The notes beneath the pieces were generated by a model. That model saw only the letters and a list, made by a program, of their open reading frames with translations. It ran no database searches and was not told the DNA's origin. A DNA stretch of 64,000 bases from Bdellovibrio sp. (GTDB taxonomy: Bacteria; Bdellovibrionota; Bdellovibrionia; Bdellovibrionales; Bdellovibrionaceae), in assembly GCA_036676395.1 (NCBI GenBank), contig JAKFCY010000003.1:256001-320000 (forward strand). The letters are read 5' to 3'. The translations under genes and the position numbers were made by a program. Shown here one piece after another: positions 18,503 through 27,472 of this stretch; the first letter of the stretch is position 1, and each line of letters starts with the position of its first letter.

Positions 18503-19345
18503 ATGTGGTTGCCCGTGTGGTTGATTAAATTTAATCTGAAATCGGTGAAGAAAATTTACTTATTTCTCTTTATAATCACAACCTTAACAGTTTTTTCAGA
18601 ACTGGCTTTCGCGATGCAGGCCATTGTTGTTAAAGGTAACCGTGTTTTATTTTCTTTAGATAATTCAGAGGCTGCACAAATCAGTGTGAATAGTTTAGTG
18701 ATTGCCAATGATAAAACCGCCCAAGTTAAAATTATTCAAGTGCGTGGCGTACGTGCTGTGGGCCAAGTCATTAAAGGCTCTGCTAAAGTTAGTCAGAATT
18801 TTCGTATTTTATCTGGCGAAACTAAAAAAACTAATGCTCAGAGTGGTTTTTTTGCCGGACTTTCTTCGAACACCATGGATATCGCTTTAAGTTCAACAAC
18901 CACTCTGAAAATGCAGGGTTTAGGATTTAACTTAACGGGTTTTTATGACTATCCTTTCTTATCTGATTTTGTGTTACGTGGCATGGCCGGCTATGAAACA
19001 TTTAAAGCCACAGGTTCGTTATCAACTTGTCCTGGTGGTGAATGCTCTGTGAATTTAAATTATTTAACTGCTCATGGTTATGCACAGTACGATATTGCTA
19101 AGTACGATAAAGGCAGCCGCTTCTGGTTAGGATTAGGTGTTGGATTTTTATTTTTAACTTCTGGATCGAGCGAAATTATCAATACGGATTCGATGGCCAC
19201 TAATCAAATTTTTATCTTGGCCACTGGAATGGATGTCGCACTCGCGGGCGGCAAAGCTTTTCCAATTCAAATCGATTACTTTCTATACCCTGATGGCGAT
19301 ATCAAAACGCAACAGATTAATCTGCGTTTAGGCTATAAATTTTAG
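18503..19345 (+). CDS. Outer-membrane beta-barrel protein with N-terminal soluble domain
   Basis: Signal peptide ending AFA; terminal NLRLGYKF; start may be GTG 18545. Confidence 0.7.
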   Translation: MWLPVWLIKFNLKSVKKIYLFLFIITTLTVFSELAFAMQAIVVKGNRVLFSLDNSEAAQISVNSLVIANDKTAQVKIIQVRGVRAVGQVIKGSAKVSQNFRILSGETKKTNAQSGFFAGLSSNTMDIALSSTTTLKMQGLGFNLTGFYDYPFLSDFVLRGMAGYETFKATGSLSTCPGGECSVNLNYLTAHGYAQYDIAKYDKGSRFWLGLGVGFLFLTSGSSEIINTDSMATNQIFILATGMDVALAGGKAFPIQIDYFLYPDGDIKTQQINLRLGYKF

Positions 19346-19453
19346 ACAGTTGTAAATGCTGTAACCAGCGATGTGTCTCATCTTGGGAATGTATTTCGCT
19401 AGGCTTTAGTATTACTAAGAATATGTCGTAACGTTTATATGGGGGATGAACGC

Positions 19454-20992
19454 ATGCTTTCACTATTTAGTGTATTGCTGGTTTCGCTTATGGCTTTAAC
19501 AGCTCAGGCAAAACCGCTTACTGAAGCACAAGTATATCGACGTTGTTACGCCCAGCTTAGCCAAGTGGCTGTACCTATAAATGATGCGCGCTTAACTCAA
19601 ATTAATAATAAACAAATCACTGGCGCTCAAGCTTGTTCGCAGCTTTTAGCAGAAGCAGATTTTGATAGCCAGGGCCGTCTGCGCACGATTTCTCCGCTAA
19701 CAATTAAAATTGTAAAAACGTTCACTGATTTTCACCGTTCATGGTTTATTAATTCTCGCTTAGAACAATCTACCGATTATAATGCTGAACATGATTTAGC
19801 AACGATGGATGTTTTCGACGCCAGTGAGCCAGCACTTTTTATCACTCGCCAATTATTTTTACCAAATGCTCAGTACAAAAATATTTTACGTGGATCACAA
19901 GGTGTACAAGCTATCCGCCAAGAAGATCGCTCAATCAGCGCGATGTATAGTTTCTCGGCTGACATGACCGTTCCTAGTCGTGCTTACTATGGCAATAACC
20001 CTGGTATTCAGACAAACACTTTTACTTTCGCCCACACGAATGGAACTTTAACTCGCGGACCAACAGGGCGTCCGGCAGAAGAAATGGTGACACTTCCGAA
20101 AATGAACGTCGGCGATATCGTCGGAGTTCAAATGAACTCATTAGCACATATGATTCCTAATTTTTATTTGCGTCCGTTCACCAATCAAAATGCCAAGTTT
20201 TTTTACGGTGATGCTATTGATTACAATTTTGATATCTACAAAAACCGCGGCGGTGGTATTTTAGGATCATCAGCTTTCTTTTTAATGAACTCGGGTCATG
20301 GCAAAGGCCAAGTATTTAACGGTTCAACAAAAGTTCCAAGAGCTTGGACAAAAGCTTCGATGGAATCCCTTTTATGCTCGCCGTTTCCATCACTGCGCGA
20401 AAGTGATATTTCGCAATACGTAGTAGGTAATTCAAGTGCTCCATTTAGAAATTCATCAAGCTGTGTGCAATGTCACGCGACTCTTGATCCCTTTGCCTAT
20501 ACGGCAAGAAATCGTGTTGTCGGTAACGCCGATTTCGAAGTCGCTATTAAAGGAACAATGTTAGTCGGAAACTTTAAACCAACTATGGCTTCAGTCAGTG
20601 GTTGGCCAGCAGAACCCGTAGCCAATTTTCATCGCCAAGAACCAAAAGGGCGTCTGTATTATCGTTCGGCGACTGGTGCTTTAGTTGATCGTTCAGTAAA
20701 TAACGCCGAAGAATTAGGTCAGGCGATGTCTGACACTGAAGATTTTTATCAGTGCGCCGCTAAGCGCTATTTCGAATATTTTACCGGCATTAACGTATCG
20801 ATCTATGACCGCACTAATCCAGCTAACTCAGAATTAAATCGTAAATTAACTTCGATTGATAAATCAGATCGTAAATTTATCGAAAAGTTAGCTAAAGATT
20901 TACGTACAAGCCAGTCGCTACCTGCGATGGTTCGTCAAATTATTGCATCCGATTATTATAAATACCCGAATTACCGACCGGAGGAGAATTAA
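19454..20992 (+). CDS. Secreted heme c protein, DUF1588/DUF1585 (PSCyt3/PSD2)-like
   Basis: Signal peptide; LLCSPFP, SCVQCHATLDP; C-terminal FYQCAAKRYF...IIASDYY. Confidence 0.7.
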   Translation: MLSLFSVLLVSLMALTAQAKPLTEAQVYRRCYAQLSQVAVPINDARLTQINNKQITGAQACSQLLAEADFDSQGRLRTISPLTIKIVKTFTDFHRSWFINSRLEQSTDYNAEHDLATMDVFDASEPALFITRQLFLPNAQYKNILRGSQGVQAIRQEDRSISAMYSFSADMTVPSRAYYGNNPGIQTNTFTFAHTNGTLTRGPTGRPAEEMVTLPKMNVGDIVGVQMNSLAHMIPNFYLRPFTNQNAKFFYGDAIDYNFDIYKNRGGGILGSSAFFLMNSGHGKGQVFNGSTKVPRAWTKASMESLLCSPFPSLRESDISQYVVGNSSAPFRNSSSCVQCHATLDPFAYTARNRVVGNADFEVAIKGTMLVGNFKPTMASVSGWPAEPVANFHRQEPKGRLYYRSATGALVDRSVNNAEELGQAMSDTEDFYQCAAKRYFEYFTGINVSIYDRTNPANSELNRKLTSIDKSDRKFIEKLAKDLRTSQSLPAMVRQIIASDYYKYPNYRPEEN

Positions 20993-20993
20993 T

Positions 20994-22673
20994 ATGTATT
21001 CTCGACGACGTTTATTAACTCATCTTGGTATCGGGGGAGCTGGATTATTTCTGACTCCTTACGAAAGATTTGCAAATGGTCTCATCGATTCATTTATTAA
21101 AAAAGCTTACGCAGAAGAAGTAAATCAAGCTCCGTCACGTTATTATGTGAATGTGTTTTTTCCGGGTGGCCCGGCTCGTTTTGTTTTTGATCACTGGATG
21201 CGTACAAATAGCAATGATCCGGCAATGAATTTTAATCCAATGGTAGCCACGGCCTATACAAGTGCTGGTGGACGAGTCACCGGAACAGAATATAAAACCA
21301 TGAATTATAATGGTGTTTTAGTTCCACATTTATTCTCGCAATCTATTAATACCTCAAGCGGTTCAGTTAATTTAGCTGATATTTTACGTCATATGCTGGT
21401 GATGCGTGGTTTTGCTTCTGGTTTAGATGGTCATATTTTTAACTTAACAACACAAATGGCTCCGATCGGTGGTATTTCGTCGATGAGTGCATTAGGTGCT
21501 GATATTTCTAAACGCCCATTCGAAGTTGTGCAATTTCCGAATCGTGGCGGCTATCATAAGTTTGATTCACAAAAAGGAAAAGCCATTAACATTTTAGGTG
21601 GCGCTACGCCGCTTAAAACTTTATTTGAAGGTTTAATGCCGTCGGCTGGTGAATTACAAAGAGCTTCCAATTTAAAAGCCAGAAATATTGCCGCCTACGA
21701 GCGCGCACAATCCCAGTTAAAAGCTTTATCACAAGCGGATTCTACGGGTTCTAAAACTTTAAAAGCTTCATTAGAAAATGCACGTGTCTTACTAAAAAAA
21801 GGTGTAGGCGATATAGATTCTTATTGGAATGGAGCTGTCGCTCGTTACAGAAATATCGTCAACGCAGCTGTTAGAACTACAAATATTCCGGGCATTTCTG
21901 ATCAAGCCATTATTCCTGTAGCTAGCAATTTAAATTGGATTTATAACTTACGTGGTTCACAGCCTGATCTTCACCCAGATCAAGACTTGCGAAGCATGAT
22001 TCCGGGATTATCTATTGGTGGAATCGCAGAGAATTTAGCCCTAGCTGAATTTATGATTCGTGGCGAATATGCGTCAAGTGCCGAAGTGCATATGGATGCA
22101 GGTCTTAACGGGGTAACTTTAAAAAATGCTGCTGGTGCCATGGTATCTGGTTCGCACGAACCTGATATGCATACGACCGGATCAATGCCTGCATTATTAA
22201 TGATGAATTGTTTTTATCGCGGTGTTTTAGCCGGAGTTTTAGAACTAAAACAAAGTTTACAAGCGCAACAGACAAGCCTTGGCACAAATGCCTGGGAAGA
22301 AACTGTTATGCATTTCGTCGGTGATTTTACCCGCATTGCGCGTCTTGATGGCGCAGGCTCTGATCATGGCTTTCATCAATTAGGCACAAGCGTAATTTCA
22401 GGAGCTTTTGAAAACGGACCTTTTGTAACTGGTAATATTTTAAAAGGAGCTACTAGCGGTCACTACGGTGGAACCGTTGGAACGGCGACACAAATCGATG
22501 ATTACAATATCAAAGGCGCACCGGGACCGGTGTTTGCGTCTTCGCAAATCGCCGAACTATTACGTCTGCATGAAAATCCCTTTAGAAATTTAGCTAATCC
22601 AGTCGTTAAACTCGAAGGTTCTAATCTGAATTACGTCAGTTCGCAATTCAGAGGAAAGATTGTTGGGAGTTAA
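20994..22673 (+). CDS. TAT-exported DUF1501/DUF1552-like protein
   Basis: SRRRLL twin-arginine leader; FFPGG, DGH, DMH, GDFTR...GSDHG. Confidence 0.75.
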   Translation: MYSRRRLLTHLGIGGAGLFLTPYERFANGLIDSFIKKAYAEEVNQAPSRYYVNVFFPGGPARFVFDHWMRTNSNDPAMNFNPMVATAYTSAGGRVTGTEYKTMNYNGVLVPHLFSQSINTSSGSVNLADILRHMLVMRGFASGLDGHIFNLTTQMAPIGGISSMSALGADISKRPFEVVQFPNRGGYHKFDSQKGKAINILGGATPLKTLFEGLMPSAGELQRASNLKARNIAAYERAQSQLKALSQADSTGSKTLKASLENARVLLKKGVGDIDSYWNGAVARYRNIVNAAVRTTNIPGISDQAIIPVASNLNWIYNLRGSQPDLHPDQDLRSMIPGLSIGGIAENLALAEFMIRGEYASSAEVHMDAGLNGVTLKNAAGAMVSGSHEPDMHTTGSMPALLMMNCFYRGVLAGVLELKQSLQAQQTSLGTNAWEETVMHFVGDFTRIARLDGAGSDHGFHQLGTSVISGAFENGPFVTGNILKGATSGHYGGTVGTATQIDDYNIKGAPGPVFASSQIAELLRLHENPFRNLANPVVKLEGSNLNYVSSQFRGKIVGS

Positions 22674-22674
22674 G

Positions 22675-23379
22675 ATGCGTCTGAAAAAAAGAACTCTTAA
22701 AATTGCCAGTATTCTTACGCTTTCTTTTATTTTCTTACCTTTGGCATTTACTAACTGCGGGGCTCAGCCATTTCAAATGGTGGATGTAACTAGTTTAATT
22801 CCCGGCGATGAACCCACTACTCCTATGCACCCACCGACTGAAAAAGCACAAGTTTCTACCCAAAAGCCTGTGATCGGTAATCGCCTCTATGCGGCAAGTG
22901 TGCTTCGTGATGTCTTTACAAATCAAAGTGGCGTTTTACTTCCGGGTTTAGAAGCCGAAATTAACAAATGGATTTTATCGCGCCTACCGCAATTTGGTGG
23001 CGGTTGTGATTTGTATTCATCAGCATCGGGCCGCGATTGTGGCGGCGATGGTTCAGGGGTAAATATTGCTCCGCGTGTAGATACAACAACGGTTCGTCAA
23101 ACTTACACCATTAAAATTTGTGAAAATGCGACAAGCCTTAATAATTCAATGAGCTATGTAATGTCGAGATTAGGAATTGCCCCAGGAACCGAACCTAGCG
23201 GAGCGAATATTTCGCAGTTATACCTGTTGTATTACCGAACTGATTACCCAGACCCAAATATTTTACAGCTCTTAGTGCAATTAAATTATGATTTAAAATC
23301 TAATGGTGAAAGCGTTGAAGAACGCTGGCGAGCGCTTACAAATTATATTTGTGAGCTATCGGATTGGCAAAACATCTAA
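22675..23379 (+). CDS. Lipoprotein, hypothetical
   Basis: FTNC lipobox; helical C-terminus; 1 bp after the previous stop. Confidence 0.7.
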   Translation: MRLKKRTLKIASILTLSFIFLPLAFTNCGAQPFQMVDVTSLIPGDEPTTPMHPPTEKAQVSTQKPVIGNRLYAASVLRDVFTNQSGVLLPGLEAEINKWILSRLPQFGGGCDLYSSASGRDCGGDGSGVNIAPRVDTTTVRQTYTIKICENATSLNNSMSYVMSRLGIAPGTEPSGANISQLYLLYYRTDYPDPNILQLLVQLNYDLKSNGESVEERWRALTNYICELSDWQNI

Positions 23380-23386
23380 GGTGTAA

Positions 23387-24556
23387 TTACACCTTAGCGT
23401 TCTTAAATGCTTGTTCTAAATCTTGTAAAAGATCATCTACGTCTTCTACACCAACTGATAAACGAATTAATGAATCATCAATTCCCAAAGCTTTGCGCTG
23501 TTCAGCGGGAACAGATGCATGAGTCATAATTGCAGGATGTTCGACTAACGACTCAACCCCGCCTAATGATTCTGCTAGGGCAAAAACTTCAACTGATTCT
23601 AAAAATTTACGAGCTGCCGTCATGCCGCCTTTGATAAAGAAAGTAATCATTCCGCCAAAACCGCTCATTTGTTCTTTTGCTAAAGCATGTTGTGGATGCG
23701 ATGCAAGACCCGGGTAAATGATTTTTTCTACTTGCGGATGTTTTTCTAAGAATTGAGCCACTTTAATTGCGTTTTCAGCATGAGCTTTCATACGTAATGG
23801 TAAAGTTTTAAGACTGCGTAATGCTAAGAAAGAATCAAAAGCGCCTTGAATTCCACCCATAGAATTAGTTAAAAATTGTAATCTTTCAGCGATCGCTTTG
23901 TCGCTCGTTACTGCAACTCCACCAACCACGTCACTGTGGCCACCAAGATATTTAGTTGCTGAGTGAACTACGATATTTGCACCTAATTCTAAAGGACGTT
24001 GAAAATACGGAGACATAAATGTGTTATCAACGACCACCAAAATATTTTTCGCCGCAGCAATTGCTGAGATTTTCTTAATATCAGCTAATTTTAGGGTTGG
24101 ATTTGTCGGTGTTTCGATCCAAATCATTTTTGTATTCGGTTTAAGAGCTTTTTCAACATTTTCAACCTTAGTTAAATCTGTGTATGAAAATTCTAGGCCG
24201 TGATGACGTAAAACTTTGTCAAATAAGCGAAAAGTGCCGCCGTACATGTCATCCATAGCGATGACATGATCGCCTGAAGTTAATAAATGCATCACTGTCG
24301 TTGTTGCCGCGCAGCCGCTAGAAAAAGCAAAACCGTATTTTCCTGATTCTAAACTTGCGATGCAATCTTCGTAAGCTTTGCGAGTTGGATTATGGGTGCG
24401 AGAGTATTCCCAACCTTTATGTACGCCCGGAGATTCTTGCACATAAGTTGAAGTTAAATACACCGGCGTCATAATCGCGCCAGTTGTTGGATCTGGAGAT
24501 TGGCCCGCATGAATAGCGCGCGTATTAAATTTTGTGTTTTTACTGTCTGTTTTCAT
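23387..24556 (-). CDS. Cystathionine gamma-lyase/synthase
   Basis: YSRTHNPT, ETPTNP, DNTF, HSATKYLGGHSD, AESLGG. Confidence 0.95.
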   Translation of the reverse strand: MKTDSKNTKFNTRAIHAGQSPDPTTGAIMTPVYLTSTYVQESPGVHKGWEYSRTHNPTRKAYEDCIASLESGKYGFAFSSGCAATTTVMHLLTSGDHVIAMDDMYGGTFRLFDKVLRHHGLEFSYTDLTKVENVEKALKPNTKMIWIETPTNPTLKLADIKKISAIAAAKNILVVVDNTFMSPYFQRPLELGANIVVHSATKYLGGHSDVVGGVAVTSDKAIAERLQFLTNSMGGIQGAFDSFLALRSLKTLPLRMKAHAENAIKVAQFLEKHPQVEKIIYPGLASHPQHALAKEQMSGFGGMITFFIKGGMTAARKFLESVEVFALAESLGGVESLVEHPAIMTHASVPAEQRKALGIDDSLIRLSVGVEDVDDLLQDLEQAFKNAKV

Positions 24557-24567
24557 AAATATCCTAA

Positions 24568-25614
24568 TTATGTGTATTGTTTTAAATGTTCTTCAGCTTT
24601 TACTTCAGTGTTGAATACGGCTTTTACTGAATCTGCATCCATTAAGCCATTTTCAATCATCCATTTGTCGTTAAATACTTTACTTAAGTACGCTTTTCCA
24701 GAATCTGGCATAAAAGCTACGATTTTTGATGGTTTATCTAATTTTTTCGAATACTCGATCGCACCCGCTAAAATTAATCCGCTTGATGGCCCAACACAAA
24801 GACCTTCTTCGATCACTAAACGACGAGTCAGCTGAAAAGCTTCTTTATCTGTTACTTTTACGCAATCATCATAAAGTTTTAATTTGCAGTTATCAGGAAG
24901 CATATCTTCGCCGACACCTTCAACCTTCCAAGGGCCAGGAGGATCAACAATTTTACCGTGGTAAAATAGATCGTAAATGATACTGCCTACCGGATCAGTC
25001 ACCAAAACTTTTACGTTTGGATTTTTTTCTTTTAAAAATTTACCAACACCAGAAATTGTGCCGCCGGTTCCTACGCCGCCGACAATACAATCGATTTGAC
25101 CTTTGGTTTGCTCCCAAAGTTCAGGCCCAGTTACATTATAATGATAATCGAAGTTATCCATATTGTGATACTGATTCGCATAGAAACAGTTTGGCGTGTT
25201 TTCAGCAATTTTTTTCGCTACCGAATAATGGCTTAATGGATGTTCAGGCTCTAATCCATTTGGAGTTAAAACGACTTTTGCGCCGTAAGCGCGAAGCATC
25301 GCTCTTTTTTCTTCGCTCATTTTTTCTGGAAGCACAAAAATACATTTGTAACCTTTAACCGCGGCCACAAGCGCTAAGCCCATACCTGTATTTCCGGCAG
25401 TGGCTTCAACAATTGTTCCGCCGGCTTTGATTTCGCCGCGTTTTTCTGCCGCCTCAACCATATATTTGGCGATTCTGTCTTTAATTGAGCCGCCTGGATT
25501 AAAATATTCAACTTTGGCGTAGAATTCATGTTTTGAATTGCTAACAACTTTGTTTAAACGCACTAACGGCGTGTTTCCGATTGTATCTAAGATGCTATTA
25601 GAGATTGATATCAT
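24568..25614 (-). CDS. Cystathionine beta-synthase/cysteine synthase family protein
   Basis: NPGGSIKDR, TAGNTG, GVGTGGT. Confidence 0.93.
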   Translation of the reverse strand: MISISNSILDTIGNTPLVRLNKVVSNSKHEFYAKVEYFNPGGSIKDRIAKYMVEAAEKRGEIKAGGTIVEATAGNTGMGLALVAAVKGYKCIFVLPEKMSEEKRAMLRAYGAKVVLTPNGLEPEHPLSHYSVAKKIAENTPNCFYANQYHNMDNFDYHYNVTGPELWEQTKGQIDCIVGGVGTGGTISGVGKFLKEKNPNVKVLVTDPVGSIIYDLFYHGKIVDPPGPWKVEGVGEDMLPDNCKLKLYDDCVKVTDKEAFQLTRRLVIEEGLCVGPSSGLILAGAIEYSKKLDKPSKIVAFMPDSGKAYLSKVFNDKWMIENGLMDADSVKAVFNTEVKAEEHLKQYT

Positions 25615-25810
25615 GATTCGTCTTCTTTGTTTTAGAGTGTGCTTTATTATTTGAAATCATTCCCGAACCGAGCATAAAAGTCATAAGTTCGACTTGATCC
25701 CCGTTGTAGGGAATTTTTAGTCTTTCACATAACTGTTGGACTTTTTTGGATTGAACATTTTTTTTCGTCAATTCAGCTACTAGTTCTAGGCATAATTCAT
25801 TGTTTGTCAT
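25598..25810 (-). CDS. Small hypothetical protein
   Basis: 70 aa; overlaps the CBS start, same strand. Confidence 0.55.
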   Translation of the reverse strand: MTNNELCLELVAELTKKNVQSKKVQQLCERLKIPYNGDQVELMTFMLGSGMISNNKAHSKTKKTNHDINL

Positions 25811-25873
25811 ACACCCGAAATTATCGTTTTACGGGCTGCAAAACAAGGTGAAAAACCTAGCCGGTCGCACCTT

Positions 25874-26311
25874 TTAAAAAGCCAGCTGGCTCAGAGTTGG
25901 AACTAACAGCAAAATGCAAATCGCCGGAAACACCAGAAAAATCAGGGGAATTTGCAACAGAAGCGGAAGTTTTGCCGCGTGTTCTTGAATATCGGCATCG
26001 CACATTTCAATAAAATCAGCCTCCAGAGCTTTTAACGGTTCGTAAATTGATTGTCCGCGCAGCCCATTTTCTAACAAAGTGATGATGGCTCTATGTTGTG
26101 CGTTAAAATGAGAAAGTTCGCTGACTTGAGTTTTCTGCCGTATTTGCCACCATTGTGCGAAATTTTTTGCGAATTGATCGTTCGAACTATAATGTTGCGT
26201 CATTCTTTGTGAAAATTTTTGTAAACCTTGTTGAAGCGACAGATTTTTTTCGATCGTGCGCTTAATTTCCCAAATTAAAAGTAAACTGCTCGGCAAATTT
26301 AGATTGTCCAT
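25874..26311 (-). CDS. TadC-like (T2SS F family) membrane protein
   Basis: G.SIYEPL...AAKLPLLLQIPLIFLVFPA..ILL. Confidence 0.7.
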   Translation of the reverse strand: MDNLNLPSSLLLIWEIKRTIEKNLSLQQGLQKFSQRMTQHYSSNDQFAKNFAQWWQIRQKTQVSELSHFNAQHRAIITLLENGLRGQSIYEPLKALEADFIEMCDADIQEHAAKLPLLLQIPLIFLVFPAICILLLVPTLSQLAF

Positions 26312-27054
26312 TTGATCTTACTTCCTATCTTTAAGATGACTGTAAGGCCCGCCAGCATTAGAAAAAACGAAATACCAATCACTGACGGGTAATTCGCTAG
26401 TTGAAGCTCAGCGATGGCAAAGAAAAGCAAAAACACATAAATAAAAGTCGCCACCACAGCCTGCGCGCGCACTTGTAGCGCTGATAGTCTCGACTTATGT
26501 CGCAAACTATTTTGAATGCGCAATCCGCGCTTAAATTGATCAATTTGATCAGAAACTCGTGTTGAAGAACGCAAAATAAAATACATTTCTTCGAAAAAAT
26601 GAGCCGAAAAGTTCTTTCGCGCGTAAATTGGCACTGCATTTGCGACCTTTTCACAACAGCTATCAACTTCGATGTAGTTCAGTGGTTCAAACACAATTTT
26701 TTCAACATGAGTGAGTGTGTGAAAGACTATTTTTGCAGATTTTATCGGTGATTGACCGCCTTTAATATGCAAATTTATCGCTTCAAGAACCTTGATTTGC
26801 CCTCTGAAAAACGTCTTTTTCAAAAATAATTCAAAATATATGTTCAAAAAGATCAAGCTCACAAGAATTAAGCCGATATAAATATAGAACAAGATCAGAT
26901 GTTCTTTGAAAAATAGAAAATAAAGACTCGGAATATTCAAAATGATGAACAACACTTTCCGAATTTTCGGAAAAATGATGTGAAAGTTCTCAAGCCGATA
27001 CACGAATCGATCCGAAATGAATAATCCGAATATCGAAATCAGTAAAAAAAGCAT
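26299..27054 (-). CDS. TadB-like (T2SS F family) membrane protein
   Basis: IKGGQS, LRHK...ALQVRAQA, C-terminal TM pair; adjacent TadC-like gene. Confidence 0.65.
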   Translation of the reverse strand: MLFLLISIFGLFISDRFVYRLENFHIIFPKIRKVLFIILNIPSLYFLFFKEHLILFYIYIGLILVSLIFLNIYFELFLKKTFFRGQIKVLEAINLHIKGGQSPIKSAKIVFHTLTHVEKIVFEPLNYIEVDSCCEKVANAVPIYARKNFSAHFFEEMYFILRSSTRVSDQIDQFKRGLRIQNSLRHKSRLSALQVRAQAVVATFIYVFLLFFAIAELQLANYPSVIGISFFLMLAGLTVILKIGSKIKWTI

Positions 27055-27112
27055 CCAAACCTCGCTTTCACGCAAAGTTGGGATTGCAAAATAAATGCAA
27101 GAATTTTTTTTG

Positions 27113-27141
27113 TTGACGGATTAAATCAATTTGTTAACAAT
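27113..27141 (+). promoter_or_regulatory. Sigma70-like promoter for microprotein gene
   Basis: TTGACG-N17-AACAAT preceded by a T-tract. Confidence 0.5.
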
Positions 27142-27221
27142 TTTAATAAGGGAGACTGAAAAGTCCAACAACAACAACAACGGTGATTCGTAGAAATACG
27201 TTCACTTCGAAGGAGCAACCC

Positions 27222-27305
27222 ATGGCTAAGAAAAAAGCAAAAAAAGCTACTAAAAAAGCTGCTAAAAAAACTACAAAAAAAGCTACTAAAAAGAAAAAAA
27301 AGTAG
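27222..27305 (+). CDS. 27-aa Lys/Ala/Thr microprotein MAKKKAKKATKKAAKKTTKKATKKKKK (histone H1-tail/protamine-like)
   Basis: AAGGAG SD 6 nt upstream of ATG; GCT/ACT/AAA codons; own terminator; absent from ORF track (below length cutoff). Confidence 0.8.
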   Translation: MAKKKAKKATKKAAKKTTKKATKKKKK

Positions 27306-27331
27306 TTGTTTTTGTAAAGCAGAAGCTTTGG

Positions 27332-27362
27332 AAGGGCTAACGTAAGTTGGTCCTTTTTTTTT
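27332..27362 (+). terminator. Intrinsic terminator of microprotein transcript
   Basis: aagggctaac-GTAA-gttggtcctt plus T9. Confidence 0.85.
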
Positions 27363-27406
27363 GCGCAAAATGAATCGGGATATAAATCATCTGTGAGATC
27401 CCAAAT

Positions 27407-27434
27407 AAAAATAGGCCCCAAGAGGGCCTATTTT
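27407..27434 (-). terminator. Intrinsic terminator (probably bidirectional)
   Basis: aaaataggccc/gggcctatttt inverted repeat. Confidence 0.8.
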
Positions 27435-27472
27435 ACGTTTAAAGCTGTTTTGTTAAGAAAAGTATAAAGAGC

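Noticed and set aside
27148..27362. c-di-GMP riboswitch/merRNA-like RNA
   Set aside because: No c-di-GMP-I consensus recognisable; the coding interpretation explains the region
27126..27421. Minus-strand Phe-rich ORFs (80 and 92 aa)
   Set aside because: Antisense shadows of the poly-Lys microprotein; SD, promoter and terminator all support the plus strand
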